Assembly (NCBI GenBank): GCA_964525975.1
Contig: CAZGIO010000001.1
Coordinates: 1-49,008 of the forward strand
Length of the DNA stretch: 49,008 nucleotides
Direction: 5' to 3'
Source of the DNA: an uncultured bacterium
Lineage (GTDB): Bacteria > Macinerneyibacteriota > Macinerneyibacteria > Macinerneyibacteriales > DSCS01
The notes beneath the pieces are model-generated. The model was not told the DNA's origin and ran no database searches. It saw nothing but the letters and a program-made list of their open reading frames with translations. Positions 35,001 to 42,090 of this stretch are shown here, in pieces. The translations under genes and the position numbers were made by a program. Numbering within the stretch: position 1 is the stretch's first letter; each line of letters begins with the position of its first letter.

Positions 35001-35995
35001 AGTTGGTTTATACATGATGATGCAAACAGGTATTTTTCTTTTTCCGGCCTTTCTGAACCTGCGATCTCTTCGCTGAGCAGTATTACTTCACCGGGATCAT
35101 CACTTTTATCCAGCAATGCTATATAGTGGTATATGGTTGAAAACCCCTTTCTCATGTCATCCACGGGCACCATACTCACTGTTTTGCCGTCGGTATAAAG
35201 GATCATGTCTCCCTTAATATCAAATGTGGTCATTCCTGCCTTATAAAATATTATCTCTTCCTTCTCTCCGTCATTATATATGACAAAGGGGTGGTCCTGC
35301 AGGTCAGCTGTGCCGTTTCCGTCTGTATCCACGGGATAACTGATATAATAGACGCCTGGTCTTGTCCCGTCACTCCTCAGGGAGTGTTTTTCGCTTTTTT
35401 GAGAGGGTATCATCCTGGGTGTTCCATCATCGAATTTGTAAAGGTTATTCTTGTCTCCAATAATATAGATCCCGCCGTCTGTTCCCCAGCAGATTTCTTT
35501 TCCCCCCATGATCTCAAATTCTTCACTGCGTCTTTCATCGATCCCTTCAATTTTCAGGAGAGTCATATCATCTTCTCGTGTGAGATAGGCCAGATCAGGC
35601 CATCTCAATACAGGGGAGATCTCTTCCACAAAAGTACTGCCGACGCTCCCTTTTCTGCCGTTCCCCTCATAACGGATATTACTTCTCACATCATCCTGGT
35701 TTGTCTGATATATAACCATTCCTCCTGAGACCGAGGAAAGTATCTCATCATATGAAGTCGAGGCAAGGGGATCTTCAGACCCGTCAGCGGGATCTTTTTT
35801 GTAAATATTATAATTATTTCCCTCATATACTGTATAATAGACCATTCCATCCCGGTCATCAAAATAACAGTTGATTATGGGGTCTATACGGACGGCTACC
35901 TTCGACGCTTCCTGAAACCGGATCGTCCGTTTTTCCACCGCTGCGCATGAAAAAAGGAATACCGCTGAGATTATAAGAGTGATCTTCTTAATCAT
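29057..35995 (-). CDS. giant lipoprotein: PD40/TolB-like propeller region + very long TPR array + C-terminal CHAT (caspase-like) protease domain
   Basis: ATG 35995 overlaps the upstream stop (ATGA). Signal peptide and lipobox MIKKITLIISAVFLFSC. Many TPR-like hairpins. CHAT hallmarks are HLACHG (His codon 29462-29464), VVLSACESG (Cys codon 29327-29329), SSLWRISD and PRYWGAMKF. The ORF track starts at TTG 36007 (2316 aa). Confidence 0.85.
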   Translation of the reverse strand: MIKKITLIISAVFLFSCAAVEKRTIRFQEASKVAVRIDPIINCYFDDRDGMVYYTVYEGNNYNIYKKDPADGSEDPLASTSYDEILSSVSGGMVIYQTNQDDVRSNIRYEGNGRKGSVGSTFVEEISPVLRWPDLAYLTREDDMTLLKIEGIDERRSEEFEIMGGKEICWGTDGGIYIIGDKNNLYKFDDGTPRMIPSQKSEKHSLRSDGTRPGVYYISYPVDTDGNGTADLQDHPFVIYNDGEKEEIIFYKAGMTTFDIKGDMILYTDGKTVSMVPVDDMRKGFSTIYHYIALLDKSDDPGEVILLSEEIAGSERPEKEKYLFASSCINQLLEKESRALSDMIKKKFMDTLEADSPFRSMLSKYNSDTAVEGLMEGGEDENLMWNRLYVARDDIESYQRLYSRYYKRLRNRRIKNSADYLLAVLRLENRDETGAYDILVRMLNSTLTPGDTEYEALDLLLKNKGRYTDRAGYSINIMEGYIRDSRQCEFLRAGAAAAVMETLALFDDAQGAVDEGEKIFSEIRETEPRNLIYEKMLEIYRNEENMDGVEYFAHIIQEGYNGRLYYEMVDYVREKGLLKAEKNIESGDMLQARKSLLTVRSVISGDLTVNREIIKLEYSLGNIIKTAGQYKSRYLSMEKDADSIYLYGYALSYAGTYYGLKGKKEQEAAAYRRSLELIRNAMSLSPQEPYFYLTAGWLEERLEQLGEGKFLEMALVDYKTGLGLSYSNILKGYFKKNMANVYFKLKLYDQALDSFLSSSRLVSQYGNKNEQLDYFLKMSQIYYNLEDYDKAIEYDHGLYTLYSEQGDKGGMDFIHRHRGLLYSLKTEYLKAVKEFESGLRISGEKISRDDEIIYLRNIAYNALMGEDEEKAIQAAQKLINIIGETEDGKSSGGLLNINVDVSIGGKGDSSAYLGFSHDMEKELAFTILARAHEKTGDYDRASYYYEIKLKRSRNKFGDMVIFNNLANLYFKSGMETFAVKYLDKSLDMAVKEGFERGYIMNRLSTVFLKREAGKKTMDELDEMAEDVEALGGGRLKDLYKMIYIYMVHRSGEEVKQGLDFNDAMAAVEKNMRQMERARIYLQELSRDHSSPLMQRLRLLYLYDSDGREIKEDLLALTGEDKFADFIIFSDLAYLYSRSHEKSVEYLSESLSSAESLTSSNMHKIYYYHMNRPDYYPGIVQSVAENVSKDKVINLLARYDALFERALFIIFKPDLSSQFDTVNINNYFYYKDKGKRKLSEYYLDKLNPEARNLTGLMSVTLDDVKKCLTGGRVLYYRMKDKYLRITSDGCSVASEVEGRAPYIVDRKGEDHVGGSYFFSTLQQFILFFNNRFMMSPVEEGDQESIFTYNSGTYSFQIEGEEQINPYKTVFWEGLDMGEILAKGLTLDGIKLESAAPLGSTTKRLMGDVMLYNGTGYLDINGYLSSYGEMSSGETGDYIEAWKTVLSKNAYIYMKEGLYQRAFRELKRLISLLKVSNDKKALADYTYRLIKIASDNMHDPSLIEDELKLYLSLRGNSSEPVYYDRLSRLYEKNGYYTKALEYMERTGGTDPMREAQLYEKLGEFQSALKLYDAVDTEEALLGKAVIHYKYFKEYRSAEQTLEDITKPGLEEMKRLTYALIKSDMGSNDEAIKMFNELEGSSDKKIRVNSALGRATAYYRKYLYIKTAVEAENIAEEAKRSGLIDEYLGALNLKALALIESGAYDTSLAVFEEAIKLAEQYNIINQITVLKINKAKVLRKQGDFPEALDILNALRDEYEEKENRYILDGILRNLGKTYYLTGDLEKAERSFNAVSHMPDGEEGVEMMMYKGLIHGDRKLLEKAMTAAEKNNYLMKRLEIAAKTGMLFNDRALLASCAEIIGSLVSEQSENVLKIMLFIQYRDVYEKLIGMYFNEGAYHEALSLMEMIKRASSFVNNLTIPSSLLDGDEKKAVSGLLSEMKDAAALSEKDAWNLNVLRNKRKAYDKLKMSLFFRHGKSDEDLLRGVDLDMRDSCLYLSFYTDTTSRMIYIISGFRGEYTGAVLDMDDVSGRIDRFMEAVTSKNSASELELLGHEIYSWIPGGVPEDAVKIIISTHWKFTYIPFSVLWDGNEHLVDGHMVKYVTDLGAKRGETGQNKDAILALGNPDLGDERLELYFAQKEAGEIKFLFPEGTDLFKGKEATETAVKDTLSKKRFSIIHLACHGRFNRTIPELSYLMLSGDGKEDGFLYVDEIKALDVSSDLVVLSACESGTGILGEGGEVQALDKAFLSGDVGHVISSLWRISDVATGVLFKYIYRNLYQGMDMDTAYWHAVIELKKRFPEPRYWGAMKFTSSMMQ

Positions 35996-36549
35996 TTTTT
36001 CTGCCAATCTCCTTTAGATATTTCTATCAACCAGCCCTTTTCAGCCTCTTCTCTGAATTTTTTTGCGAATATTTCTCTTACTTTTTCCATATCGGTACTG
36101 CTTAATCCTTCAGTCACAGACAATATCCTCTGAAATATTATCTCCCTGTCCCTGTTCTCTTCTTCTATGAACCTTCGAACAAACCGGTGTAGTTCGCTGT
36201 CCCGTGCAAGTCTTTCACTATCCGCCACTGCGACCCTGCCGTTCCATGATTCGCCGATTATTCCCATGTCCATGAACCTTCGATAATCGTCTTCATTATA
36301 TTTCCGGTTCTGATATGCAAGAAACGCTCTTTTTCTGCCGTCGCTTATTAATGAGATATCATCGGGCATGGTCCGAATGGACACCAGGAGCAGTTCATCA
36401 TTGCCTATGAAATCATAATTTCCGATGACCTGGTTTTCCAGTGATGTCTTTTCACCCACAAGGTTTATCTCGATCTTTGCTTTTGGGGAAAGAAGTGAAC
36501 AGCTGAACAAGAAAAATGCACAGGTGGACAGAATAAAAATTTTTCTCAT
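35992..36549 (-). CDS. lipoprotein, YdbL/DUF1318-like
   Basis: 185 aa. Signal peptide and lipobox MRKIFILSTCAFFLFSC. Segments GIIGESWNGRVAV and FIEEENRDREIIFQRI resemble the conserved G-x-GE...G and eN-x-dR motifs I recall for DUF1318. Position is downstream of a YdbH-like gene. Confidence 0.5.
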   Translation of the reverse strand: MRKIFILSTCAFFLFSCSLLSPKAKIEINLVGEKTSLENQVIGNYDFIGNDELLLVSIRTMPDDISLISDGRKRAFLAYQNRKYNEDDYRRFMDMGIIGESWNGRVAVADSERLARDSELHRFVRRFIEEENRDREIIFQRILSVTEGLSSTDMEKVREIFAKKFREEAEKGWLIEISKGDWQKK

Positions 36550-36562
36550 ATTTTGCCGCCTT

Positions 36563-37021
36563 TCAGAAATTTATGTTTTTTTCCTTCAGCAACGCCTGAA
36601 GGGGGATCCTCCTGATGGGCTCCACCTGGACGTTGCCGATAATAAATCCCAGAAAAAAGGATGCTATATTTGATCGTCTGAACCCGAATTCCGGTATAAT
36701 GTCAATATATCCGTTGGATACTTTTACCATGATATTTTTCGGCACGACACCCACCATATTCATCTTTTTTCTCATATCCCTCATCTGCGGGTTGTTTCCG
36801 TCGGGATCCATTGAAAGTATTGCTTTGTCGACAACATCCTTGTCTATCCTCGTTATATCGCAAAAGCCTGATATATCGTCACCCTTCAGCTCAAAACGGG
36901 TGACAAAGGAGAGCAGAGACCTTCCTTTTTTACCCGTCCCTTTTCTGATATTCAGATCGATTGCGTTCAGGGAAAAACGGTAATCCTTGTTCTCCAGGTC
37001 CGCGTACACTTCTCCGCCCAT
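36563..37021 (-). CDS. C-terminal fragment of the AsmA/YdbH-like protein (separate frame; the frame is open back to 37063)
   Basis: 152-aa ORF overlapping the 3' end of the 698-aa ORF by 55 nt in the -1 frame. No SD before its ATG. The peptide stays protein-like upstream of its ATG (GKQTFLDGQMGGEVY...). Confidence 0.5.
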   Translation of the reverse strand: MGGEVYADLENKDYRFSLNAIDLNIRKGTGKKGRSLLSFVTRFELKGDDISGFCDITRIDKDVVDKAILSMDPDGNNPQMRDMRKKMNMVGVVPKNIMVKVSNGYIDIIPEFGFRRSNIASFFLGFIIGNVQVEPIRRIPLQALLKEKNINF

Positions 37022-39063
37022 CTGACCGTCGAGAAACGTCTGTTTACCGCACTTAGCTCCGCGTCAAGATCCTCGACTGAATATTGATTATAGTCGGCTT
37101 TTTCCATAGATATCCTGTATCCTCCGGCTTGTTCATCGCCGGGGCTCCTTTTATTGCTGAAAAAATATGGTATGGAAAGAGAAAGCCCCCTGAACTTCAG
37201 ATCATCCATCTTTCCTTCTTCGATCCTGCAGTCCAATACTGCCTTAAAATCGTCTTTTGTCCCGTCAAACCATATCTCCCCGTCAATACCCGATAAGGCA
37301 GCGCCGTTTCCCCTGTAACTTATGTGGTCCAGGTGATTTTCCGAACTGATCTTCAGCTCCTCCAATGTCCCAGACGCTTCCATATTGAAACTCACAGTCC
37401 CTGAAAGCTCTGCTCCGTCCAGGGCTGAATATGAACTTCCTATATCATTAAGGTCTATACGTGAATCTGAAAGTGTTATATCCACAGCTCTCCGGCCCAG
37501 GTCATCTATATAGCCGTCTATCTTAAACCTGTTATTATCACCGCTTTTTATTACAAGTTCATTGAAATAAAGGAACCTTCGTTCCAGTTCCATGATAATA
37601 TTACCGGTAAAACTGACACTGTCTGCGGCCAGTTTTTCTTTTCCCATGCGCATATCGATATTTTCCCCTTTAAGATCAAAATCCATGGAAATATCTTTAC
37701 TGCTGCTGCCTGATACTTTGATATCACCGTTAAACTTGGCGTAAAGCGGTATGTCAAAATAGTTGAGGAAAGTCATATCTTTCATAGAGATATCATATTC
37801 ATGCTCAGAGAGTCCTTTTGTGTATCCCTGCAGTTTGAACTGGCCGCCGTAGCTCTTAAATCCCATGTAGCCGACTTTTATCTCGCTTACTTCGGTGAAA
37901 TCATCCACCCTGGCCTCGGCTTCAATCCTGAAATCAGTGAGCTTTGTGCCCGTCTGGTTTATAGTGATATTATCCAGCGCCAGATCAAGCGCTGCGGTTA
38001 CACGCTCCTTTGTCCCTTCCGCGTCGAGTCGAGCCCGTCCGTCCAGAGAAAGCATATCCGTTTCAAACCGCATCTCCTTCAGGTCCATCCTGCATGAGAA
38101 ACTGTCTTCTTCAGCATCTCCATTCAACGTGATCGTCCCGGAGATCCTTCCTGGGATCTCTCCCTTTACTGCGTCATTCACAAGTTCCAGGGTCTCAGCC
38201 AGATCTATCTCTGCGTTCATCTCACGAATATCATATGATGATATACCATACGTCTCATCAAAAGTCACTGATCCGCTTAACTCAGCCAATGGCAGACGTT
38301 CCCCGTCCAGCCTCACCCGCCGTATATCCAGACTTCTTTTTTCAGTGGACATCACCAGATCAATAAGCAGCGAGATATCCCCCACTTTATCCTTTTCGGA
38401 TATCTCTGCCGAAGCATTTAAACCGATGGAACCGTTTTCTTCCCGCGCTCCGATGTTGAGGACAAAAGGTATTTCCAGCCTTGTTTCCTTCCATGAGAGA
38501 AGCAGATCGCTGCTCCCGGCGAATGTCATGTCAAACTGCATGTTTTCCAACCCGCCCCCGCCATGATTTATGGAAAGGCCCATGTTGTAACCGCCGGTCT
38601 TTATCTCCATATCTTCCTGTATATAAGACACGGCGAGCCCTTTCAAAGAAAGATATCTTATCTCAAAGGGAGGAATATCACCGCTTCCACGTGATATTTC
38701 ACCTTCTCTATTCTTTTCCCGGCTTTCTTCCTGCAAAGAGATGGTTATATGGGGGTCTATGACCTCTATTTTATTGATTACAGGTTTAAATTTAATCAGG
38801 GATGCAGGTGATACAGAAAGACTCGCTTTTTCACATGCAAGCGCTATCCCGTCCCTGCTGTACTCTATCTCCTTAATTGTGATATTCCAGGGTAAAAACG
38901 CCGATATTTTAATACTTTCAAGCCCCGGCACCCTGGAGACCATGAGGTCTTCACCTGCCTTGGAAGATATAAACAGAGATAATATGAGGAATATAAGCGA
39001 CACCGCCGCTGCTGTCACCGCGGCGGCGCGCAAACATTTGATGAATAACTTATTTTTAAACAT
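36967..39063 (-). CDS. AsmA-family / YdbH-like envelope-spanning protein, N-terminal 698 aa (apparently frameshifted near its 3' end)
   Basis: N-terminal TM anchor AAVTAAAVSLIFLILSLFISS, followed by a long beta-rich repetitive region typical of AsmA/TamB/YdbH-like proteins. The last ~24 aa (RRFSTVRWAEKCTRTWRTRITVFP) look like out-of-frame sequence. Confidence 0.55.
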   Translation of the reverse strand: MFKNKLFIKCLRAAAVTAAAVSLIFLILSLFISSKAGEDLMVSRVPGLESIKISAFLPWNITIKEIEYSRDGIALACEKASLSVSPASLIKFKPVINKIEVIDPHITISLQEESREKNREGEISRGSGDIPPFEIRYLSLKGLAVSYIQEDMEIKTGGYNMGLSINHGGGGLENMQFDMTFAGSSDLLLSWKETRLEIPFVLNIGAREENGSIGLNASAEISEKDKVGDISLLIDLVMSTEKRSLDIRRVRLDGERLPLAELSGSVTFDETYGISSYDIREMNAEIDLAETLELVNDAVKGEIPGRISGTITLNGDAEEDSFSCRMDLKEMRFETDMLSLDGRARLDAEGTKERVTAALDLALDNITINQTGTKLTDFRIEAEARVDDFTEVSEIKVGYMGFKSYGGQFKLQGYTKGLSEHEYDISMKDMTFLNYFDIPLYAKFNGDIKVSGSSSKDISMDFDLKGENIDMRMGKEKLAADSVSFTGNIIMELERRFLYFNELVIKSGDNNRFKIDGYIDDLGRRAVDITLSDSRIDLNDIGSSYSALDGAELSGTVSFNMEASGTLEELKISSENHLDHISYRGNGAALSGIDGEIWFDGTKDDFKAVLDCRIEEGKMDDLKFRGLSLSIPYFFSNKRSPGDEQAGGYRISMEKADYNQYSVEDLDAELSAVNRRFSTVRWAEKCTRTWRTRITVFP

Positions 39064-39068
39064 CGCTT

Positions 39069-39097
39069 ATTATAACAATAAAAACCGCTCAAATCAA
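39069..39097 (-). promoter_or_regulatory. extended -10 sigma70 promoter placed for a leaderless YdbH-like transcript
   Basis: Minus strand: TTGATT (39092-39097), 17-nt spacer ending TGT, TATAAT (39069-39074), then only AAGCG before ATG 39063. No SD. Confidence 0.55.
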
Positions 39098-39119
39098 ATG
39101 ATAAGGAGGGTCATTTCAG

Positions 39120-41561
39120 TTAATCCCGTGTGCCCCACTTGATCTCAACGGCCACTCTTCCGTTTTCACTCTCGGCTTTATGGTCCGCATCCTCTATCTT
39201 CTCATTGGAAACCGTTTCTATCTTAAGAAGAGATGTTATCTGGGGTAAAATGCTTTCCGCTGTCCCTGGGTTTTCCATCTTGAAATAGAGCGCTTTTACG
39301 GGGTGCGCCAGTGAAAGCTTGTTTTCCGATTTGGACTTTCTTATAAGATCCACAAGGGTCAGGATATCTTCCATATCCTTCTCTTCCTCCCTGTATTCAA
39401 AAGCCCTGTATTCAGGCCATGACATCACATGGATCGATACTGTTTTTTCAAAACCACGGAAATATGTCTGATATATCTCCTCTGTTATGTGTGGTATAAA
39501 AGGCGCAAAGAGTCTCAATACATCAAGAAGCACGTTATAAAGGGTCCATAACGTCCCTGTCACGTCGCCTTCCGGTTTGAAAAGCCTTCCCTTGACCAGT
39601 TCTATATAGTTGTCGCAGAGGTCTTTCCAGAAAAAAGATTCGATTGCGCCGAGAGCCAGTCCGTATTCATATCTTTCCATATAGTCGCGGGCTCTTTTCA
39701 CTGTATTGTCCAGTCTCTGGAGTATCCATCTGTCCACTATGTTCTTTTCCCCGTCTGACCTGCCGTCATAATCACTCAGGTTCATTATAGCGAACTTGGA
39801 GGCATTCCAGATCTTCGTCACCAGTTTTCGGCCGTCTTTAAGCACATCTTCCGAAAAGAACGTATCCATCCCCAGACGCGAACCGGCGGTCCAGTAGCGG
39901 ACAGGATCAGCGGAGTACTTTTCCACAAGGTTTTGCGGCGTTATTCCCGCATTCCCCTTGGATTTGGATATCTTTTTCCTCTGAGGATCAAGACTGTGTC
40001 CCGAGACCATTATGTTCTTCCACGGCACAGTGCCGTGATGGTAATATGATTTTACAATGGTGTAAAAGGCCCAGGTCCTTATTATATCATGGGCCTGTGG
40101 CCTCAGCTCCATGGGAAACAGGTCTTCCATCCTGTCATCCTCTTCCCCCCATTTACAGTTTATCTGAGGTGTCACCGAAGAGGTGGCCCATGTGTCAAGT
40201 ACATCAGTCTCAGGCGTGAAATCATTGCATCCGCATGAAGGACATTTGAAACCCGGTCCCTGTGAAAGAGGATTGACTGGCAGGTCCTCTTCGCGGGCCA
40301 GCACCGGATTTCCGCATCCGGCACAATACCACACTGGAAAAGGGACACCGAAGTAACGCTGTCTTGATATACCCCAGTCCCATTTCAGGTTGGACACCCA
40401 GTGTATATACCGTTCCTTCATGAAAGAAGGATACCAGTTGATCTCATCTGCAAGTGCAAGCAGTTCATCTTTTTTTTCAAGTATCTCAATAAACCACTGG
40501 TCCTTCACAATATATTCCATGGGTTTCCCGCATCTGTCATGTGTGTTTACAGGATGTGATATGTCCTTCACTGCAATGACATATCCTCCTTCATCCAGGT
40601 CGCTTATTATCGCTTCTCTTGCCTGTGATACCTTCATACCCTGGTATTTCCCGGCGAGTTCGTTCATCCGCCCTCTCTCGTCTATAACCTGGCGCAGGGG
40701 CAGATCATGAGTATGATACCACTCGACATCTGTAGTGTCGCCAAAAGTACAGCACATGACCGCTCCCGTACCTTTTTCCATATCGACTTTTTCATCGGTC
40801 ATGATCTTCACCCTGATATCAAACAACGGCGGAGTCACTTCTGAACCAACGAGGTCTTTATAACGGGGGTCATCGGGATGTACAAATATCGCCACGAGAG
40901 CCGGTATCAGTTCTGGACGGGTCGTGGCAATAGCCAGCTGATCCCCTGTCTCCAGTTTGAAACGCAGGTCCACGAATCTTGACGGCATCTCCTTGTCCTC
41001 TGTCTCAGCCTGAGCAACGGTGGTCCTGCAGTTGGGGCAGTAGAGTGCCGGAGTAGCCTGTTTTTTAACCAGTCCTTTTTTAAACAGGTCTATAAAAGAA
41101 CGCTGTGAGATCCTTCGCGAACGGTCATCGATTGTGGAATAGAGCTGATCCCAGTCAGCTGAAAAACCCAGACTCTGCCAGAGCTCTTTAAAATCCTTCT
41201 CCACATCTTCAGAGACCTGGAGACAATGTTCGATGAACTCTTCTCTATTCAATGTCCCCGCTGATTTTTTCAGTTTTTTCTCCACAAGACGCTCTGTGGG
41301 AAGGCCGTTGTCATCAAAACCGAAGGGATAAAAGACTTCAAAACCGTTCATACGTTTATACCGGGCCATGATCTCAGCCTGTGTATATGAGAATACATGG
41401 CCGATATGAAGCTTGCCCGATACTGTGGGTGGAGGAGTATCTATTGAAAAGACAGGTTTTCCGCTCTCTTTTGAGTACCTGAATATGCCCTCTTCTTCCC
41501 AAAATCCCTTTAGTCGTTTTTCTGTCTCAATACCGCCGTAATATTTTGGCATTTCTTTCAT
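39120..41561 (-). CDS. valS: valine--tRNA ligase (short, archaeal-like type)
   Basis: 813-aa class I aaRS. HIGH region PPPTVSGKLHIGH, KMSKS variant KISKSKGN, WDWGISRQRYFG and an editing-domain insert. Assignment to Val rather than Ile/Leu rests on motif resemblance only. Confidence 0.72.
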   Translation of the reverse strand: MKEMPKYYGGIETEKRLKGFWEEEGIFRYSKESGKPVFSIDTPPPTVSGKLHIGHVFSYTQAEIMARYKRMNGFEVFYPFGFDDNGLPTERLVEKKLKKSAGTLNREEFIEHCLQVSEDVEKDFKELWQSLGFSADWDQLYSTIDDRSRRISQRSFIDLFKKGLVKKQATPALYCPNCRTTVAQAETEDKEMPSRFVDLRFKLETGDQLAIATTRPELIPALVAIFVHPDDPRYKDLVGSEVTPPLFDIRVKIMTDEKVDMEKGTGAVMCCTFGDTTDVEWYHTHDLPLRQVIDERGRMNELAGKYQGMKVSQAREAIISDLDEGGYVIAVKDISHPVNTHDRCGKPMEYIVKDQWFIEILEKKDELLALADEINWYPSFMKERYIHWVSNLKWDWGISRQRYFGVPFPVWYCAGCGNPVLAREEDLPVNPLSQGPGFKCPSCGCNDFTPETDVLDTWATSSVTPQINCKWGEEDDRMEDLFPMELRPQAHDIIRTWAFYTIVKSYYHHGTVPWKNIMVSGHSLDPQRKKISKSKGNAGITPQNLVEKYSADPVRYWTAGSRLGMDTFFSEDVLKDGRKLVTKIWNASKFAIMNLSDYDGRSDGEKNIVDRWILQRLDNTVKRARDYMERYEYGLALGAIESFFWKDLCDNYIELVKGRLFKPEGDVTGTLWTLYNVLLDVLRLFAPFIPHITEEIYQTYFRGFEKTVSIHVMSWPEYRAFEYREEEKDMEDILTLVDLIRKSKSENKLSLAHPVKALYFKMENPGTAESILPQITSLLKIETVSNEKIEDADHKAESENGRVAVEIKWGTRD

Positions 41562-41583
41562 ATGACCTGCTCCTTATGTTTTT

Positions 41584-42090
41584 TCATGGGATGTAGAGTT
41601 CCCAACCTTTAGCTTTCATTATCATATCTGTCACTTCACGTACAGCGCCGTTTCCTCCCGTGTTTCTGGTCACGTGGTCCGCGATCTCTTTCAGGACCGG
41701 ATGAGCGTCGTTAACACATACAGATACCCCTACACGGTCAAATATCTCCCTCTCAGGCACATCATCCCCCACACAGAGTACTTCATCGTTGTCGAACCCG
41801 TATTTTTCCAGTATCTTATCATATACAGCCAGTTTGTCTTTCACCCCCTGATGTATCTCAGAGATACCCAGTTCCTCAGCTCGTTTCTGCACTATATTGG
41901 ACTTTCTTCCTGTGATTATGGTGCATATTATACCGCGTCCCGATATCATCTTTATCCCTATGCCGTCACGCGCATGAAATGATTTTGACTCTATGCCGTT
42001 GTCGTCTATGACGATCCGTCCGTCTGTCATCACGCCATCCACGTCAAAGACCACCATCTTCACTTGGGCGATCTTGTCCATGATTGTCAT
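41584..42090 (-). CDS. kdsC: 3-deoxy-D-manno-octulosonate 8-phosphate phosphatase
   Basis: 168-aa HAD-type protein. DVDGVMTDG and GDDVPE motifs. Lies in the kdsA-kdsD-kdsC order. Confidence 0.85.
   Translation of the reverse strand: MTIMDKIAQVKMVVFDVDGVMTDGRIVIDDNGIESKSFHARDGIGIKMISGRGIICTIITGRKSNIVQKRAEELGISEIHQGVKDKLAVYDKILEKYGFDNDEVLCVGDDVPEREIFDRVGVSVCVNDAHPVLKEIADHVTRNTGGNGAVREVTDMIMKAKGWELYIP

Noticed and set aside
35996-36007. TTG 36007 as start of the giant CHAT gene
   Set aside because: The TTG directly abuts the GGAG, so there is no spacing. ATG 35995 forms an ATGA stop-start overlap with the upstream gene and still yields a complete signal peptide.
36967-36985. T-run (GTTTTTCCC TGA) at the end of the 698-aa frame as a programmed -1 frameshift site
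   Set aside because: It is not a canonical X XXY YYZ heptamer in the zero frame. The -1 frame is already protein-like for ~25 codons upstream of it, which argues for an indel near 37030-37060 rather than slippage here.
37895-38566. 223-aa plus-strand ORF inside the YdbH-like gene. Similar long antisense ORFs occur at 45554-46264 (+), 43117-43716 (+), 5429-6013 (-), 3113-3733 (-), 2528-3082 (-), 20605-21150 (-) and 13169-13720 (-).
   Set aside because: All lie entirely within, and antisense to, longer ORFs that have clear family motifs. Their translations are low-complexity (S/R/P/C-rich), lack SD sequences and show no recognisable motifs. They are typical shadow ORFs.
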